From Carcharhinus amblyrhynchos (taxonomy: Eukaryota): 64,000 bases of DNA. A model generated the notes under the pieces. That model was given only the letters and a program-made list of their open reading frames with translations, was not told the origin of the DNA and did not search any database. Shown here one piece after another: positions 62,656 to 64,000 of this stretch. The number at the start of each line of letters is the position of its first letter. Position 1 is the first letter of the stretch. The position numbers and the translations under genes are program-made. The stretch lies in the NCBI GenBank assembly GCA_965287045.1, contig OZ336883.1, positions 16,802,001-16,866,000 on the forward strand, read 5' to 3'.

Positions 62656-63237
62656 TATGTAATGACAGAGGATTAATTAATAGTGTCATAGTGAAGACTC
62701 CCCTAGGTAATAGTGATCATAATATGATTGAATTTTACATTCAGTTTGAGGGACAGAAGAGTACTTAGACCAAAACTTTAAACTTGAATGGGGACATGAA
62801 AATAAAGCTAGTTGAATTGAACTGGCAAATAAGGTTAAATGATTGGTCAATAGAGGTGCAGTGACAGTCACTTAAGGAGATATTTCAGAACACCCAGAAA
62901 AGATGCATTCCAAGGAGTAAGAAAACTTCCAAGGGGAGGACCCATCATCCATGATTACCTTAACTTAAAAAAAGATAATATCAAATTCAAAGAAAAAGCA
63001 TTTAATCGTACAAAGATGCGTGTCAGGTCAGAAGATTAGTCAGAATATAAAAAAATAGAAAAGATTGATGAAATGATTAATAAAGAGGGCAAAATTAAAG
63101 AAAGCTAAATAGAAAATTTAAATTCATTTAGTAAGAACTTTGATAATTATTTTAAAAAGAAAGGGGATAATGAAGTGAATGTTGGACCTGTAGAAAATGA
63201 GGCTTTGGAGTTAATAATGGAAAATAAGGAGATGGCA

Positions 63238-63565
63238 TCATAGAAACCCTACAGTGCAGAGAGAAGCCATTCGGCCCATCGAGTTTGCACTGACCACAAT
63301 CCCACCCAGGCCCTATCCCCATATATTATCAACTAATTCCTCTAACCTACACAACCCAGGACACTAAGGTGCAATTTAGCATGGTCAATTAACCTAACCT
63401 GCATATCTTTGGACTGTGGGAGGAAACCAGAGCACCCGGAGGAAACACACGCAGGCACAGGTAGAACGTGCAAACTCCACACAGTCAGTGACCCAAGCCA
63501 GGAATCAAACCCAGGTCCCTGGAGCTGTGAAGCAGCAGTGCTAACCACTGTGCTACCGTGCTGCA
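63238..63565 (-). mobile_element. HE1/V-SINE (tail A) nested in CR1
   Basis: Full-length reverse-complement family match. Confidence 0.88.
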
Positions 63566-64000
63566 TATAAATTTAACTGATATTTTGCATCTGTCTTCAC
63601 AATTCAGGGTACAAGAAGCCATCCAGAAATAGCTGCAAATCAAGAAATAGAAGGGAGCGAATAACTCAAGAAAATTGCAATCACCAGGGAAGTGGTATTG
63701 ATTAAATGGTTAGAGCCGTGGGCTGATAAGTCCCTGGATCCTGATAGATTTCATTCTGGAGTCTTCAAAGAAGTGGCTCATGAGATAGTGATGGGTTGGT
63801 TTTAATTTTCAAACTCGCTGGATTCAGGGAAGGTGCGATTAGTTTGGAAAATAGTGAATGAAACAGCTTTATTCAAAAAGGGAGAGAGGCAGAAGGCAGG
63901 AAATGACAGGTCAGTTAGCTTACCACCTGGTGTAGGGAAAATATTAGAAGCTATTTGTAAAGATGTTGTAGCAGGGTACTTCGAAAAATTCAACGTGGCT

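Larger units (their letters stand above)
60930..64000 (+). mobile_element. Old CR1 LINE ORF2 5' part (endonuclease to RT start), decayed, with two nested insertions
   Basis: IMRDFNL, FIECFRDN..EYILTPTRQQVLLEL, LGNSDHNMIEF, DKSPGSDRFH..VFKEVA, WKIVNETALFKKGERQKAGNDRSVSLP motifs. Confidence 0.8.

Overview
This is eukaryotic, repeat-dense DNA, most likely intronic or intergenic sequence from a cartilaginous fish (shark). The evidence is about 35 copies of the tRNA-derived HE1/V-SINE family, many decayed CR1 (HER1-like), Rex1/Babar and RTE LINE fragments, Meta- and Deu-type SINE remnants and PIF/Harbinger-like non-autonomous DNA elements. No intact protein-coding gene is supported, and nearly all listed ORFs are repeat-derived or random. 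One orphan histone H2B pseudogene lies on the minus strand (59266-59639), and a possible decayed exon lies at about 45800-47410. The most interesting signal is a family of short (about 200-350 bp) non-coding, fold-back, Penelope-like insertions at 10860, 14369, 52720 and 53795, plus a tail-only copy at 1926. Each is flanked by an 8-15 bp target-site duplication. The four longer copies carry a minimal hammerhead-ribozyme motif whose helix II co-varies between subfamilies and whose predicted cleavage triplet always obeys the NUH rule. One copy is a perfect 183-bp palindrome. Repeat boundaries were read by eye and are approximate (about +/-10-20 bp) unless a TSD is quoted; family names come from motif recognition, not from a database search.
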